A stretch of 33,885 nt of DNA from the NCBI GenBank assembly GCA_022813965.1, contig JALDZS010000232.1, positions 1-33,885 of the forward strand. Direction: 5' to 3'. The translations under genes and the position numbers were made by a program. The notes beneath the pieces are model-generated. The model saw nothing but the letters and a program-made list of their open reading frames with translations, searched no databases and was not told the origin of the DNA. How positions within the stretch are numbered: the stretch's first letter is position 1; every line of letters starts with the position of its first letter. Positions 1 to 12,775 of this stretch are shown here, one piece after another. Source of the stretch: Toensbergia leucococca. Lineage: Eukaryota.

Positions 1-2453
1 TAGAACTTCGGAGTTGCCGTCACCAGGAGGTGAAGGCATTCTAGCATTACTCTCTGAAGGGCTTTGAGGAGGCGGGACGTTCGAGAAATAATCTCCTGAC
101 CTATCCAGTGATGTCATTGTTTGGCTTTGATGTGATGTACGCTTTTCGAGGTTGATGTGTTCTTCTGTTGTGGTTGGCATGGAATTTTGCATCTGGGTAG
201 CGTGATTTGCTATGGCGACCGATGGTGTCGCTACGCCTATTGCGAGGCCTGGAGTCATAGCAGGATAATAGCTGCCATTGGGCGGGCGAGGAGTGATGGT
301 AGAGTCACCGTTCATATTGTTGCCTTCCAACTCTTGTATTCGTGATCCAGGCAATTTTATGAGTGGTGGCGCGTTATCTCTGTGAAACCCGTTGGGTAAA
401 TCGGTATGGGTACTCAGCTTTCCACGATATAAATTGTCTCGCTTCATCTCCTCCTCAATGAGGTGATGAAATAGATTGCGAAGAATCCATTTTCCAAGAT
501 TAACTAAGACACAAGTCTTAGCAGCTTCAACCATGATCTCGCAGCTCTTGATCTAGAGAGTCTTGGTAAAAGGTCAAGCAATGACTGTTGGGGACTCACT
601 GCGCTGGTCCTCTCGAAATGCAGTGGATTCCTCATTTGACAATTCATCTGCGTACATCTCTGCATCGAAACAGTAATTGTCTTCAAGCCGGCATGCAAGC
701 TTGCCTGTTCTGGTATCTACAGCGCACCAATTTGAAACACTCTCCATGGTGTTGACCTCAGGGGTAACGTCTTCGAGATGTCGCTTACCAAACGATTGTA
801 TTGGAATGCACTAATTCCCAGTCAGAGCTTAAATCTAGTAGGTAAGAGATTGCGAACGCACCTTAAGCAGATCCCACATCATTACTTCGCCTGCCGTGTC
901 CAGGGTGAGGACTCTTTTCCTGTCATTCAGCATTACGTGTTTGATCAAACCATTCTGACCTTCAATGGTTTCTTCTGGTAGTCCATGATAAGGGACTACG
1001 ATCGCCACATCTTGTTCTGTTATCGCTTCTGACAACTTTCTCATGCTTACGGTAGAATTGAATATGGGCGCTTCAGTGTCTCGTACTCTCGTGCCTGGAA
1101 TTAACGCAGTATTTGACAGCTGAAGGGCACAGTTCAACGGCAATTTCTTCCTTACTACGCTGTTGGCGACCGTCGGAGTTGAGATGTGGGGCGGCGAAGG
1201 GACTTTAGAGCGGAAGACCATACTCGAGCCTCGATGGTTTCCAGGTGGGTCGAATGCTTGAAATTCAGCTTTGGTGTCAACGTCCGTCCACCTATTTATG
1301 CTTGAGCTAGATGTCCCAGTCCAGATAAATTCTCCTGCAACGACAACCTTGTTCACACCCTCATGTTCCTGCGCAATGGCCAAGCACACTCCTTCGTCCA
1401 TATCCGCGCAACCGCGAACATCCGTTTTAGCCACAAGCCCCGACCTATCACTTGAGTAGAAGACCGATAGTTGAGGATGATCAGAGAATAATGACCAAAC
1501 GCTGTCGTTATGCATGGTACATGTGTACATGCATCTACCAGCGGTCATCGACCACACTTTGACTGTTTGATCTGATGAAGCTGTCATGATTGTGTCTCCG
1601 TCCTGGTTGATTAAAATAGCCCTAACATTATCCGTGTGTCCTACGAAATTTGTGATGCGCTTTCCTGACCTTGGGTCCCAGAGTCTAACAATGCTTTCTG
1701 GACCTCCGCTTGCCATGATGGAGCCGCGAACGCTCAAGGCATAGACGGATCCTTTAGCGTTATTCTCATCTTGTCCCACATCGATACGTAGTCTTTCTCC
1801 CCCACCATTCAGATCCCAGACTCGTATTTTGTGGTCAAGGCCGCCCGATGCTACCCAATCAGCATGTGTCCCAGGGCTAGCAAGACATTTGACGTAGTCG
1901 CTGTGTAGGCCGATTGTCGTTGGTATGTAGCTGTCCTCTGCGTGGGGCCGCCATACCTTCACTGTGAGGTCTGATGATGCTGAAACCAGTGCAGAGTTGC
2001 TGTGAGTCAAGATGATATCATTCACCCAGTGAGTATGAGCCTGGACCTGGCTGCGAAAGACAGACGAGGAAGGTGGTTTTGAGGCAAGTGTTGCGAGAGA
2101 GTCATCAGGAGAGAAGAAGGGTTTTCTATTCGTCGGAGGGTCATTCTCGAGATCGAAATTAAGGTCCCAGCCACAGATCAGGCCATCTCTTCCACCCGAG
2201 TACCTAGGCCATGGTCAGGAAACAACGTGAAACAAATGCAAGCAATGAGCCATACAGAATTGACTGATCACTATCGACGGCCAATCCATTGATACCGAGA
2301 CGGTGTCCTCCAGGGGAATTGGCTAGTGGCAGAACTGATTTGGAGTGTGGATCAGTGACTTGTGCGAGGTGGGCGGGGGAGGGGAATATTAATGTCTGAG
2401 GATCAAACGGGCGTCTCACCGTAGCTTATACGCTGACGGGCCTTGCGGGCCAT
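1..2453 (-). CDS. WDR48: WD40-repeat protein of the WDR48/UAF1/Duf1/Bun107 family (deubiquitinase cofactor); 3' end runs off the window
   Basis: Hand-spliced exons 2453-2420, 2334-2256, 2203-862, 810-600 and 503-<1, all with GT..AG introns. Protein: [80 protein letters not shown], then [45 protein letters not shown], matching the WDR48-family pattern as I recall it. Confidence 0.9.
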
Positions 2454-3622
2454 AGAAACGTCTCAGGCTTCCCACATAGGACTTCTGTGACTTGAGCTTA
2501 GAGAACATGGGCCTTTCAATAGAGACATGTCTGGACTAATGTAAGTAGGTAACAACTACTCGAACGATCTCTGTGCCGCGATTATTATACTATTGCCCTA
2601 TGACGATCCCGCCCAAGCGAATTCTAAGGCGCAGGCCGAGCCCGTGTAACTTCGACCGGACTTTGTCCGCTAGGAAATGCCACAGAAGGAGGAAGGTCAC
2701 CTACCAGCTATTCTATCTGGTGTCAGGCTCCTTCTGCTGACTGTGTTCTGCCAAAGATGCCCTCTCTTTGTGGTGCTCGAACACGAACAACACTTCACAC
2801 TGGACACCGAAAAAGCAAAACACTCATGCATTACAAATTGGCATCAGCAGCTCATAATTCCTTTTTCTTCTGACTTCTTGGGTGTGACTTTGCGTCTATC
2901 TGCACACTTTGTCAAATACTCACATGTACAAGTAGATAATCTAAATCTACTGCCTCTTTGTATTCACTTATTGTCTGAAATACTACAGGGAAAATTGACA
3001 TGGAAGCAGCAACTTTGATAATTGACTTGCCTTGAGGTAGTCACGTCCTTGAACAGTCTTGGTGCCTCGTGCTCTCTATTTCCCGAAATAGGTAAACAAG
3101 CAAAGATATTCAAGTCAGTCGTCATTTTCAGCAAAGAGCCTTTTCCTCCGGCAGGCAACGACTCCCTTTCTTATTGAAAAGCATGCCCCAAATGCCCCCA
3201 AATTAAGTGCCTGTTCGTTTACCGATATTCTCGACAATCAAAAAGATTTGATGAAATCGATTCTCTCAATACATTGTACATGGAGAAAATTAGGAGCATC
3301 AGAATTCGAGAACATCCGGAAGTCAAAACATTGCATTGCTTGAGGAATTCCGTAGCCTGTCGGAATTGAGCCCTCTGAGATATCATAATACACCTAGGGG
3401 AGATAGAAATACAATAACGAAGACCAGCATCACAGGCGAAGTGCTTATCTCTCAGGCATTTCTTCAACGGCCAGTAGAGTAATCATAAGGTCATAATCCA
3501 CTTGTCTCTGCACAAACGTCAACTCTACCGGCTTTACTCTCTAGGTACATCACTCATGACAACTGCCGCCTCAATAAGTCCCTCTAAATGAGCGTCTTCG
3601 ATCTGATATGCACAAGTGCGAT

Positions 3623-6549
3623 TTATTTCTTTGTTTGTGCCGGTGTAACCGCTGTACCTGGCTCAAGCGTATGTTCATGGCCCGGAGCCTTGATTATATT
3701 CATACCCTCCACTTGTCTACAGGCAGGCGTGTCCGTAACCCATGCATCGTTCATCATATCCTCCAGAGTCGCACGCCTTTTGGGATCCACTTCAAGCATC
3801 CTACCCATTATAGACCTACTCTCTCTTGGGAGGAGGCGTAACAAACGCCAAGGCCCTCTGATAGTCTCCTGCTTTGCACCAGGTGCGTCCTGTCGTTGCC
3901 CAGGCGATGATGTGGGAGTGGGATTCTCGTTTGCGGGTGTCTGTTCCGAATTCTCTACCTTTTCATGGTGATGGTGGTGAGTATGATGATGATGACCAAC
4001 GGCTTCCCCAGGTCGTTCCTGGTCTGCTTGAGTATCGTGCGGAGCGGAGGCCCGGCGGGGATCATCTAGCGCAGGAGCCGCGTCTACCATAGATATCGGC
4101 CGTCCCTCTGATGATCGTCTTGGGACTACATCGAAAGGTTGAGTAGGAGGGGATACGAAGAGTTTATATGAGTTATCCGTGAGGCGAGGGGCCTTCCAAG
4201 GGAAACGCCGAAGAGACATGCAAGCAAATATTATCGCCAACGACCAGATGTCTGTCGGTTGAGGGTCGTATTTGGCTTTATCGTATACTTCCGGAGCGAG
4301 GTAGGGGTCTGATCCAACAATACCTGCAATGTGTAAGTCATAACCCAATAATTGAACACTCATGGAACTTACCAGTGGCGAGGACAATATCATTTTCAAA
4401 AGGATACTTGAATACACTCGCGCTCCCAAAATCAATGAGCTTCATAATCCCCCTGTCGTTGACGACGACGTTGTCCAGTTTCAAGTCTCTATGTGCCAAT
4501 CCCATGCCATGTAAAAATGATACACCACTCACGATTTGTAAAAAGGAGCACGCAACTTCTTCTCGTGACATTTTGCCAGTCATAACAATTGCGAAAAGGT
4601 CGTATGGCGCGTATTCCATGACCTCAAACCAACGACCTCCTTCGTGTACAATGTCAAGCGTCTCAATGATATTACCATGATGCAGCGTTGATCCAATACA
4701 AAATTCTGCTGTAACCTTCTTTGAATACTCGCGCTCAGTCTCATAAGAATGTCGATCTCGAAATTGCTTGACTGCAAACGTGACGCCGTCACTACTTCTC
4801 TTCATCAAGCGAACGGATCCACCAGCGCCGGAGCCGAGGACTTTCCCGAACTTGCCCCACTTCTTTTCAAGGCCGTGGTCATCTGCGAAAGGAACATTGT
4901 GAGCAGGAGGCTGTTGTGATGGAGTCATGTGGCCCGACTTTTTAGCTGATGGTTTAGCAGAGCCTTTAGCAGTGCCCGATGGTGATTGAGATCTTTTCCC
5001 CTTGCTACTTATTCCTAACCTGAAGAAGCGTTTCAGTTCAGCCATTGACCCATGTGGCTTGGCGCCTAGACTTGAAGAGCTCTCGTCATGAAGGTGACCG
5101 AAATGGTCTTTCTTACCAACTAAAGCATGTAGCGAGGGAACTTGTGCCTGTTTTTCTTGAGACTTGAGATCACTGCCACTATTTGAGCGAGGCGGAGAAG
5201 CCGTGGATGCCATTGCAGACGGGATACCCGATCGACGACGGGCATCTTTGCCCCCAAAGACGAACCGTGGATCAATCAATTCTGTATTTTTAGGCTGCGG
5301 AGGTCTTCTGCTTCTCGCATATGGGTCGTCCCGATCCCCAGCTGGGGTGAAGGGCCTACTGTAAACCGCAGGAGGAGTTGCTGAGCCAGATCCTCCTCCC
5401 GGAGTGCTTGTAGGACTCGGCTCTCGCGACGAGGCGAAGGAGGTTTCACTTGGACCAGCGGAGAATTGTGGGACTTGCCTTGGAAAAGGCTCGATGGTAG
5501 TAGACCCTTGAGAAACTGATGACGGAGTTGTGGAGATCTGGTCGGAATCTGTGGATGGTCCTGAAGCAACAGCACTGGACGCCACATTCGGTCTTTCAAG
5601 CCCCTCTGCAGCTGTAGGAGGTGACTCTCTCATCGGACTTGATGTTTGCGGGGTCATCTGAAGAGGATCTTGATTGAACTTTGCCGGACCAGCACTAGAA
5701 GCATCAATTCCTTCATCGTGGCCTGCCTGGAAGTATGTTCCGGCTGGAGTAAGAGGAGGTGTCTGCATTGAAGAACTGGAAGGTCTTGAGGATGGTCCGA
5801 TGGACCTGGTTGGCTCTCTTGAATTTTGAGGACTAGACTCGTTTGACGGCACCTAACACCCCAGAGCGTTAGTCTTTAAGTGCCCATGACATTGAGTCTC
5901 TTGCTTCCATGCAGGTTGTACACGTGAAACATTCAGAGTAGTTGCAGCAATGATTTTTGTAGCTCGCATTAGGATCACAAGATTATCTATAAAGGACAGG
6001 TAAAAAGAGGTAAACGAGAATTCGTGAAGTATTCAACAAGAAGCGGCTCGAATGCTTGTTTTCCCAAGCTTCTTATCATTCTTCTTATGAATGTGATCAC
6101 GTAGCTCTGAGAATATGACGCTGAGATGTGAGATTCAATTTACCCACCCGTGAAGCTGGTAACGAAACGGGTTCGAATGCAAAGTTACTCATCCGTCTTT
6201 GCTGCAAGTGTGATTCATGCAGGCTCCGAGACAGATTTCTTATGTCCGCTTCCGCCTTTGGATTGATTTCATCGCTCAATCCTAGATCTTCTGACGTTTC
6301 CGTGGTCTCCGTCTGGAAAGTGTTTGCAGGCTCGATTTCCTGATTGACCGAACTAAATCGAACAGCCTGAGGATACGCAGCTAGGGTTGGTATGTTGTGT
6401 CCATCGGAACTATCAGCGTTGGGGCGAGAAGGTGCTGTTTCTAGGTGTGGCTATGATTTAGCAGTCTGGACTACACAGAAATAGACATGATGTAAGCTAC
6501 CATGTGATTGGTGTTGGTCTTGAGCTGCGGTTCCGGACGAGGAATCCAT
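3623..6549 (-). CDS. NPR1: Ser/Thr protein kinase of the fungal Npr1/Hal5 (NPR/HAL) family, most like Npr1/Prr2
   Basis: Exons 6549-6501, 6440-6148, 5852-4373 and 4323-3623. Kinase motifs [36 protein letters not shown] and DIWSLAIIF. Family-type segments [23 protein letters not shown] and FPWKAP..DNSYKLF. Long Ser/Pro-rich N-terminus. NPR1 versus HRK1 subfamily is a judgement from recalled motifs. Confidence 0.85.
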
Positions 6550-7343
6550 GATTACTATAAAGAGTATCTCGAGGTAAGCCGAGCGCGTATGTAAGCATTC
6601 AAAGTCGGCCTTGTTTTGCTATGACCTCCTGAGGAAACCTTTGGCTCTGATCCGAGGCTGAAGGTAGCAATTGAAATATTCCAGGATAAGAGCAATCTGT
6701 GAAGATCTTAAGCTTGGAATATCGAAGTTCAATACAGCTAGGACGTGGCAAGATACCATCACAGTCGATAGCATTCACAATTCATTGTGCGCCTTCTTCC
6801 TATGATTCCTTACCAGGCTTGATCGGGTTCCGGGAGGTTGTCGGCTCAAGAAGCGGATGTGGAGACGGCGCCTTTCACACAGCAGATCGCAATACCTCAA
6901 GAATTTGGTTTGTTGCCAATTGTTAGTGAAAGCCAACGCTGTTGGGTAGTGATGACGATCCCGCCTGCTGAGGATGAGTCGGACAGTTTGTCTGATGTGG
7001 TCCTCATGGTTTGCCGTATTTTCCAGAATATGAGGGGTGTCATCAGTGTCATCACTGGTGCATCACATGCCGAGGCATGTTAGGTATTGTGGGTCTACCT
7101 ACCTTACCTATCGAGCAAATTTTCATTCCAATTCAGATTTTCACTTTGCAGGCCACGCCATTGTCATGCTAGGATAGAACTGACTAACATGGGAGACTAC
7201 TCCCTATTAGAAGCTGATAATGTTGTAATAAACGAGATACACACACACCATTGTGATTGCTCCCGAGTACTCCGTACAGAGGTACCATATTCTGGGAACG
7301 CCTTTGTTATGCGCAGAAAATATCATACGCGAATATGTAGAGT

Positions 7344-7867
7344 TTACGGAACCACTGTGACACCAACTGACTGCGCTTGCGCGATGACACTCTTGCACAG
7401 ACCTTCCAGCGAAAGCCCCGCTAGGCGGAGCTCCGTTTGCTTAACTTTTGCGATGTTATAGATATGCTTTAGCGATACCTCTCCCACGCTTTCCTTACCA
7501 GGCTGCATTGCGCCACGTATCTTGTTCTTCCGTTCCTTGACACCAGCTGCTTGTAGGAGTAAATAGGAGGTTGTGGGAGTGCGAAGCTCGAAGTGAAAGG
7601 AGCGATCGGGACGGACGGTGACTCGAGCAGGTATTGGGATACCAGGTGTCATATGAGCTGTTCGCGCATTGAATTCCTACCAACCATTTAGTAGATTTTT
7701 CAATTGAATTCTCTATAAAGAAGAGACTTGGGCATTACCTTGCAAAAGTCCATTTGCTTGACACCTTTACTCCCCAGGGCTGGGCCCACTGGAGGGCCTG
7801 GAGCTGCCTGCCCAGCTCCAACTATCAGCTTCACAATCTGGTCGCGCGCTATGGTCTTCCTCGCCAT
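7344..7867 (-). CDS. MRPL19: Mitochondrial large-subunit ribosomal protein uL11m
   Basis: Exons 7867-7739 and 7676-7344 give [85 protein letters not shown], the L11 signature. Confidence 0.95.
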
Positions 7868-8087
7868 TGTGGCTCCGGTGTTGTGTTAGCCAAGTCGTCC
7901 AAAGTCTCCGGCCAGCTTTCGGGTATTCGCTACTCCGTAGAGCCTTGCAGTTTACTCCGTACCTATCAAACCCGAAGACTTGTTTCAACCATACGCACGG
8001 ACCACCATCTGCCTCGGCGTAATTATGAAAGCTTCCTCTGAACCTACAAGCCCACCCACTTTATTACGGATAGTCAAAACAGTAGAC

Positions 8088-9469
8088 ATGAACTGGATCA
8101 AGCAACAGCAAGTCTATTCTTGCCTTGTCTGTTCTATCAGAAGCTACTAATTTTAGGGAACAGAGTTGCCAATGTTGCAGGGACCCAAGAACCCATCTAT
8201 GGACCTTCAGCCATTCAATCCGTGCACAAACAGGCCAAGACAACGCCGTATACAGAATTGCAGAAATCAGACCTAAAATGGGCTGCTATGGAATCCACGT
8301 GTGTGGAGACACAGGTATTCTACCTGATGGCAGACAGTGGAATCATGGGCATGGCCCAGGTAATCTACAGTAATGTAGCGTGAGATCACACAGGAAAGGT
8401 GCAAATTGATATGTATACTGACACTCTTCAATACATACAGTGGGATCCGGACTACATGCCAGTTCAACGCGAAAGTTTACTACCCTGACGAAGAGACTCC
8501 TAACCTGTGGTGTTCTGATGCCCTCGATAACCCAGGCTTCGATGATCCCAAGACGTCGTTCTACGCCGATAGCTGCGCCGTCACACTCAACGAAGAAGGA
8601 GACGAATATACAATCAAATCTGCTACGAACGAGGCAAGTATTGTCAACTTGACCGTCAGCCGGACCGCTCCAGGATTCCAGGTTGGGAAAGATGGCAAAA
8701 CTTACTATGGCACAGACCCGGATCACCCATGGGGTTCGATGAGGCATGCTTTCTGGCCTAGATGCGCTGTACAAGGCACGATAATTACAAAGGTAGGAGA
8801 GCTGGATTTCAAGGGAAGAGCGTTGTTTATTCATGCTTTGCAAGGCATGAAACCTCATCATGCCGGTAAATACCCGCCTCAACCTCCAAAGAGAAATCAG
8901 AGAGATGAGCTCGATTAACTGGGACCCCAGCCGCGAAATGGACATTTGTCGACTTCCAATCCCCCACCTACTCCGCAGTAATGATGGAATACACCACGCC
9001 CCCCTCTTACGGCTCCACAATCGTGAACGTCGGCGGCCTAGCCACAGACGGCCAAATTATATGCGCCGGCTCCGACAACTCGGCCCAGCACACCGAAATC
9101 AAAGACGATCTCGAGACCGAATGGCCCGAACCCGGCGCCATAAAGTGTCTCTGGTCCGGAAAGGACAAGGAGGGTAAGCCGGTTAAAGCCGAGTTAATTG
9201 GCAGTTTGGGGACGAGGCTTGATCGGGTGGACGTCATGGCCGAGGTCCCGGGTTTCGTGAAGAAGATCATCGGCGGCGTGGCGGGGACGAAACCGTATAT
9301 TTATCAGGTATGTAGTTCGAGATGCTCTCTTTCCCGTGATAATATCAACAAAGTGCTGACATTGATATAGTATTCGCCGCAGCAAAAGCTTGCCCTCAAG
9401 ATCAACATTGATGGCAAGGAAACAGTAGAGGAGGGAATTCTTTTCTCCGAGGCGACCTTCATCTCCTGA
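8088..9469 (+). CDS. SVF1: Survival factor 1 (Svf1) family protein
   Basis: Exons 8088-8107, 8164-8379, 8441-8865, 8931-9307 and 9371-9469 give [112 protein letters not shown], typical of Svf1. Intron 1 has a GC donor. Confidence 0.93.
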
Positions 9470-9930
9470 TTTTCTGAAAACTTCCTTGGTTTGTTCCTCA
9501 AGCGAGCTTTCTCGAGGCCTGTGCTGCGTGCTGTGTTAGAATTTTTGTGTGTGTTCAGAAGGGCTGGGGCACATTGAACAAATGGAAATACCAATACCAA
9601 ATTAGGATACCTCTCTAAATTTTTAATACGCGTACCATGATTCTATTGCAGCCATCTTCACCCTCGCTCTTCCTGGCCATTCATGCCGTCGAACCACATT
9701 TCTTGTTTTTTTTCGAGAGTTTCAAACAGGGTATACGATTCAAGAATGTTGGGGAAGCCGAGAGAGAGACGGAACAAAGTTTTGAAGTAAAGAAGAAGAA
9801 GAAGCAAAAGCATTTATGGAGCTGAATATACAAAGAATCGATCCTTATCAAAGCCAACAATGCGAGTCAACCCCAATATCAAAAGTACAATACATAACAA
9901 TATAACAGAATCCAACGGCGAAGACACCAT

Positions 9931-12002
9931 CTACTCCTGACCCTCAACCTTAGGCATCTCCACCACCTGCCCATCAACGTACAAATGCGACAGTTTCGGC
10001 CCGGGATACTTGCTCCGCCCGTGCACAAACCACCAAGCCGTCGTGAGAATAAAAATTCCCACCAAAATAACACTGTTGTAGTTCATGGTGGATTCAGTGG
10101 TCGGATACACATAAGCTATATACAAACATATTCATTAGCAAAGTGGATTTTATTACATTAAGGGAACAGGGGAAGGAGAAGGGGGTAATCAAGGCGCTGG
10201 GGAGAGGGTGGGGCTCACGGAAGCAAAACATGACGTTGAAGAAAATGATAAGTAGCACGGCAGTGCCGTTAACAAAAAATCCCAGCGAGCCCATCCAAAA
10301 TGGGCCACGGGGGACGTTTTTTCGGCGGGTGAGCAGATGCGGCAGGATAGCCATGGCATAGGAGACTGTAGTGAGAATGATGAAGGAACCGACCAAATCT
10401 GTGAAGGCAGTTTTGCTACCTAATTGAATGGCGCCGAAGGCGGTGCAGAGGACGGCTGTGTAAATTCTGTGTCAGCGAGATTTGGTTGCGATCAAGGCTG
10501 GGTAAGAACAGTCGTGGCAGAGTTTTTTGGAAGTAAATGCACCAAAAAAATCGACTGCGACGTTGTGCACCTCGTCGAAGAGGCGCCGGGCACTTACCGC
10601 AGAGGACTGTTGCGGGGACGGGGCAGCTCAGTCTTTCGTTGACTTGGGAGAAGAATGCAGGGAAGGGCGTAGCGTTATCGCGGGCTAGGGCCCACCAGAT
10701 GCGGCCGACCTGTGAAGGTCAGTTTGGGTTGAGCTGTGGAAAGGCTTTCTTACCGTAAGGAAAGTGCCGAGGACGCAGATCATGATGGAGAAGAAAATGA
10801 TGAGCAGTAAGCCAAATGTGCCGCCTTTATTTCCGGTAGCCTGAGCGTACACTATCGCAAGGGGAAAAGATCCATTGCCGCTTAGAACGGCATCTAGATC
10901 TGTGATGGAATAGAGGATGGCGATGGCGTATAGGAAAGCAGCTATGTTCTGTTAGTTTGGGAATTTGAGGAGCGTTCTGAAATACGTACTAATCGTGCCC
11001 AGTATGATCTGCGCTGCTATAGCTCGAGGCAAATCACGCGCAGGGTTTGGGAGCTCCTCAGACATGTGCGTAACAGCATCAGGAGTGCCGATGGTAAAGG
11101 CACCGTTCAATACGCCGGTCAAGAAAGTGACACCGTTACCCCAACCCGCTTGATTGTTCCACGAGCTCCACACAAAGGAGTTGCTTGCATGTTGCTTCGG
11201 CATCGCTGCCACAACAATAATCGTAATAATTCCGCCAACGATTACAAGAAAAAGGCCGACGTTATTCAACGCCGGGAGCAGACGATTTCCGAAAACGACT
11301 AGAGCGCAACAAGACCAGGTGATTATGAGGAATGCGATATAAACGTGCCACGGTTGAATTACGAGGTCCGGGTGGAAGGTTGCGTACATTTGGACAGCGA
11401 TGTTAGACGGAATTGAGACAATGGAGGCCAGGTCAAAGATCCAGCCGAAGAAGTTGAAAGAGCCGGTAAAAAACCCGAGGACTCGGCCATAGCGAGGGCC
11501 AGGAGTGATGGAAGCCCAGTGATAGACACCTCCTGCCGAGGGAATAGCAGACGCCAGCTAAAGGAGACAGCGATAAGCAAGAGATATAGACGTAGCCACA
11601 GCAGAACGCGGGAGGGTACCTCGGCAATGGAGGCAGCGATGAAGGCGTAATAGAAGCATGCCACTAGGAACTCATATAAAATGCCAGGCGGTCCACCATT
11701 GACTGCAGCTCCATCAGTATAGAGACTTTTTCCTGGGCGGGGCGAAAGAGAAGCTCACAGATGGAAACAGCAATGGAGCCACCCAAAGCAACCCAGGCGT
11801 TGTCAATAGTCAGGGCCAGGCCACATATACTCAGCAAACCATAGTGGCGTTGAAGCTGATCCCTATGGCCCGAAGCATTGACGACGTCTCCGCGTTCGCC
11901 TACAATGGAGACTTTGGCGTCGAAGGCATCATTGTGCTCCTGGGAGTCAAGTGTCTTCTCCTCTAAAGAAGCCTGATGGTCTCCCGAATCACCCATGGTC
12001 AA
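9931..12002 (-). CDS. APC-superfamily amino acid/choline permease (HNM1/GABA-permease-like)
   Basis: Multi-exon. Spliced product includes LQRHYGLLSICGLALTIDNAWVALGGS, NGGPPGILYE, AELASAIPSAGGVYHWA, GAFTIGTPDAVTHMSEELPNPARDLPRAI, GRIWWALARDNATP, LGSKTAFTDLVGSFIILTTVSY, GPFWMG and MNYNSVILVG, with many hydrophobic segments. Start is 12002 or 11996. Substrate cannot be determined from sequence. Confidence 0.88.
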
Positions 12003-12775
12003 GTATCAGCAAGATGTAGCTATTTCTGCCTGTGCCTGGAATGTGCGCAATATCCTGCGCAGTGATATAGGTTTGTTGTCGTCGCACAACGAGAACAAAT
12101 GCGATGATGCACAAGGAAAGCCATAATAATGATGTGATAGGTAGTCAGCATCTTATCTAATTTCAATAGATGATGATATGACATAGAGAGTGAGTAGTAG
12201 GTCGGGTAGTAGATAAGATGCCGTGTCGGGCTCCAAGATGGCTGACCACCTGCCCGAAACATCAGTCATCCCATTGGTCAACGTTGTTGGATCGACCGAG
12301 TAGAGTTTTCCTTGAGCTTTACACAAACCCCACAATATTATTCCATGGACATCGGTAATAAGATGCGGGTCATATTGCTCCACGTGCATTGGGATTGGAA
12401 GGAGCAGGATTGCTTACGAGTATTCTATCCGTACCACAGGACCCAGTATTCGAACGCATGACGCCAATGCCATGCGCAACGGCAGCTAAAACTTTCCGGC
12501 ACCACCGGTGTTTGACGGCCCGATACGGAGTATTCTAACTACCCTCCTACCCTACCTATTTCTTAACTGCCTCCTGCCTCACTGCACGCCTTGTTGGAAC
12601 ATCTTAGCTAAATTTGACAGTAATCGATGATATCTTTACCAGTACATGATTGACTTATATACTTCATGACAAGCACCCTGATAGGTTTACAATAAAAGAG
12701 CAGACTAAAATACAATAATCCAAACCTCAGAAATCGCCTCAAAGCCGTCAATTTCCCAAATCACCGACCTGTTAC

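Noticed and set aside
2677..3467. Short ORFs between the WD40 gene and the kinase
   Set aside because: No motifs or coding-like composition; most likely kinase 3' UTR and WD40 promoter.
6550..7343. Possible uORFs or a structured leader upstream of the kinase
   Set aside because: TSS unknown and no conserved element or riboswitch consensus recognised.
8343..9020. 225-aa minus-strand ORF inside SVF1
   Set aside because: Antisense to a well-supported gene, crosses its introns and has no recognisable features.
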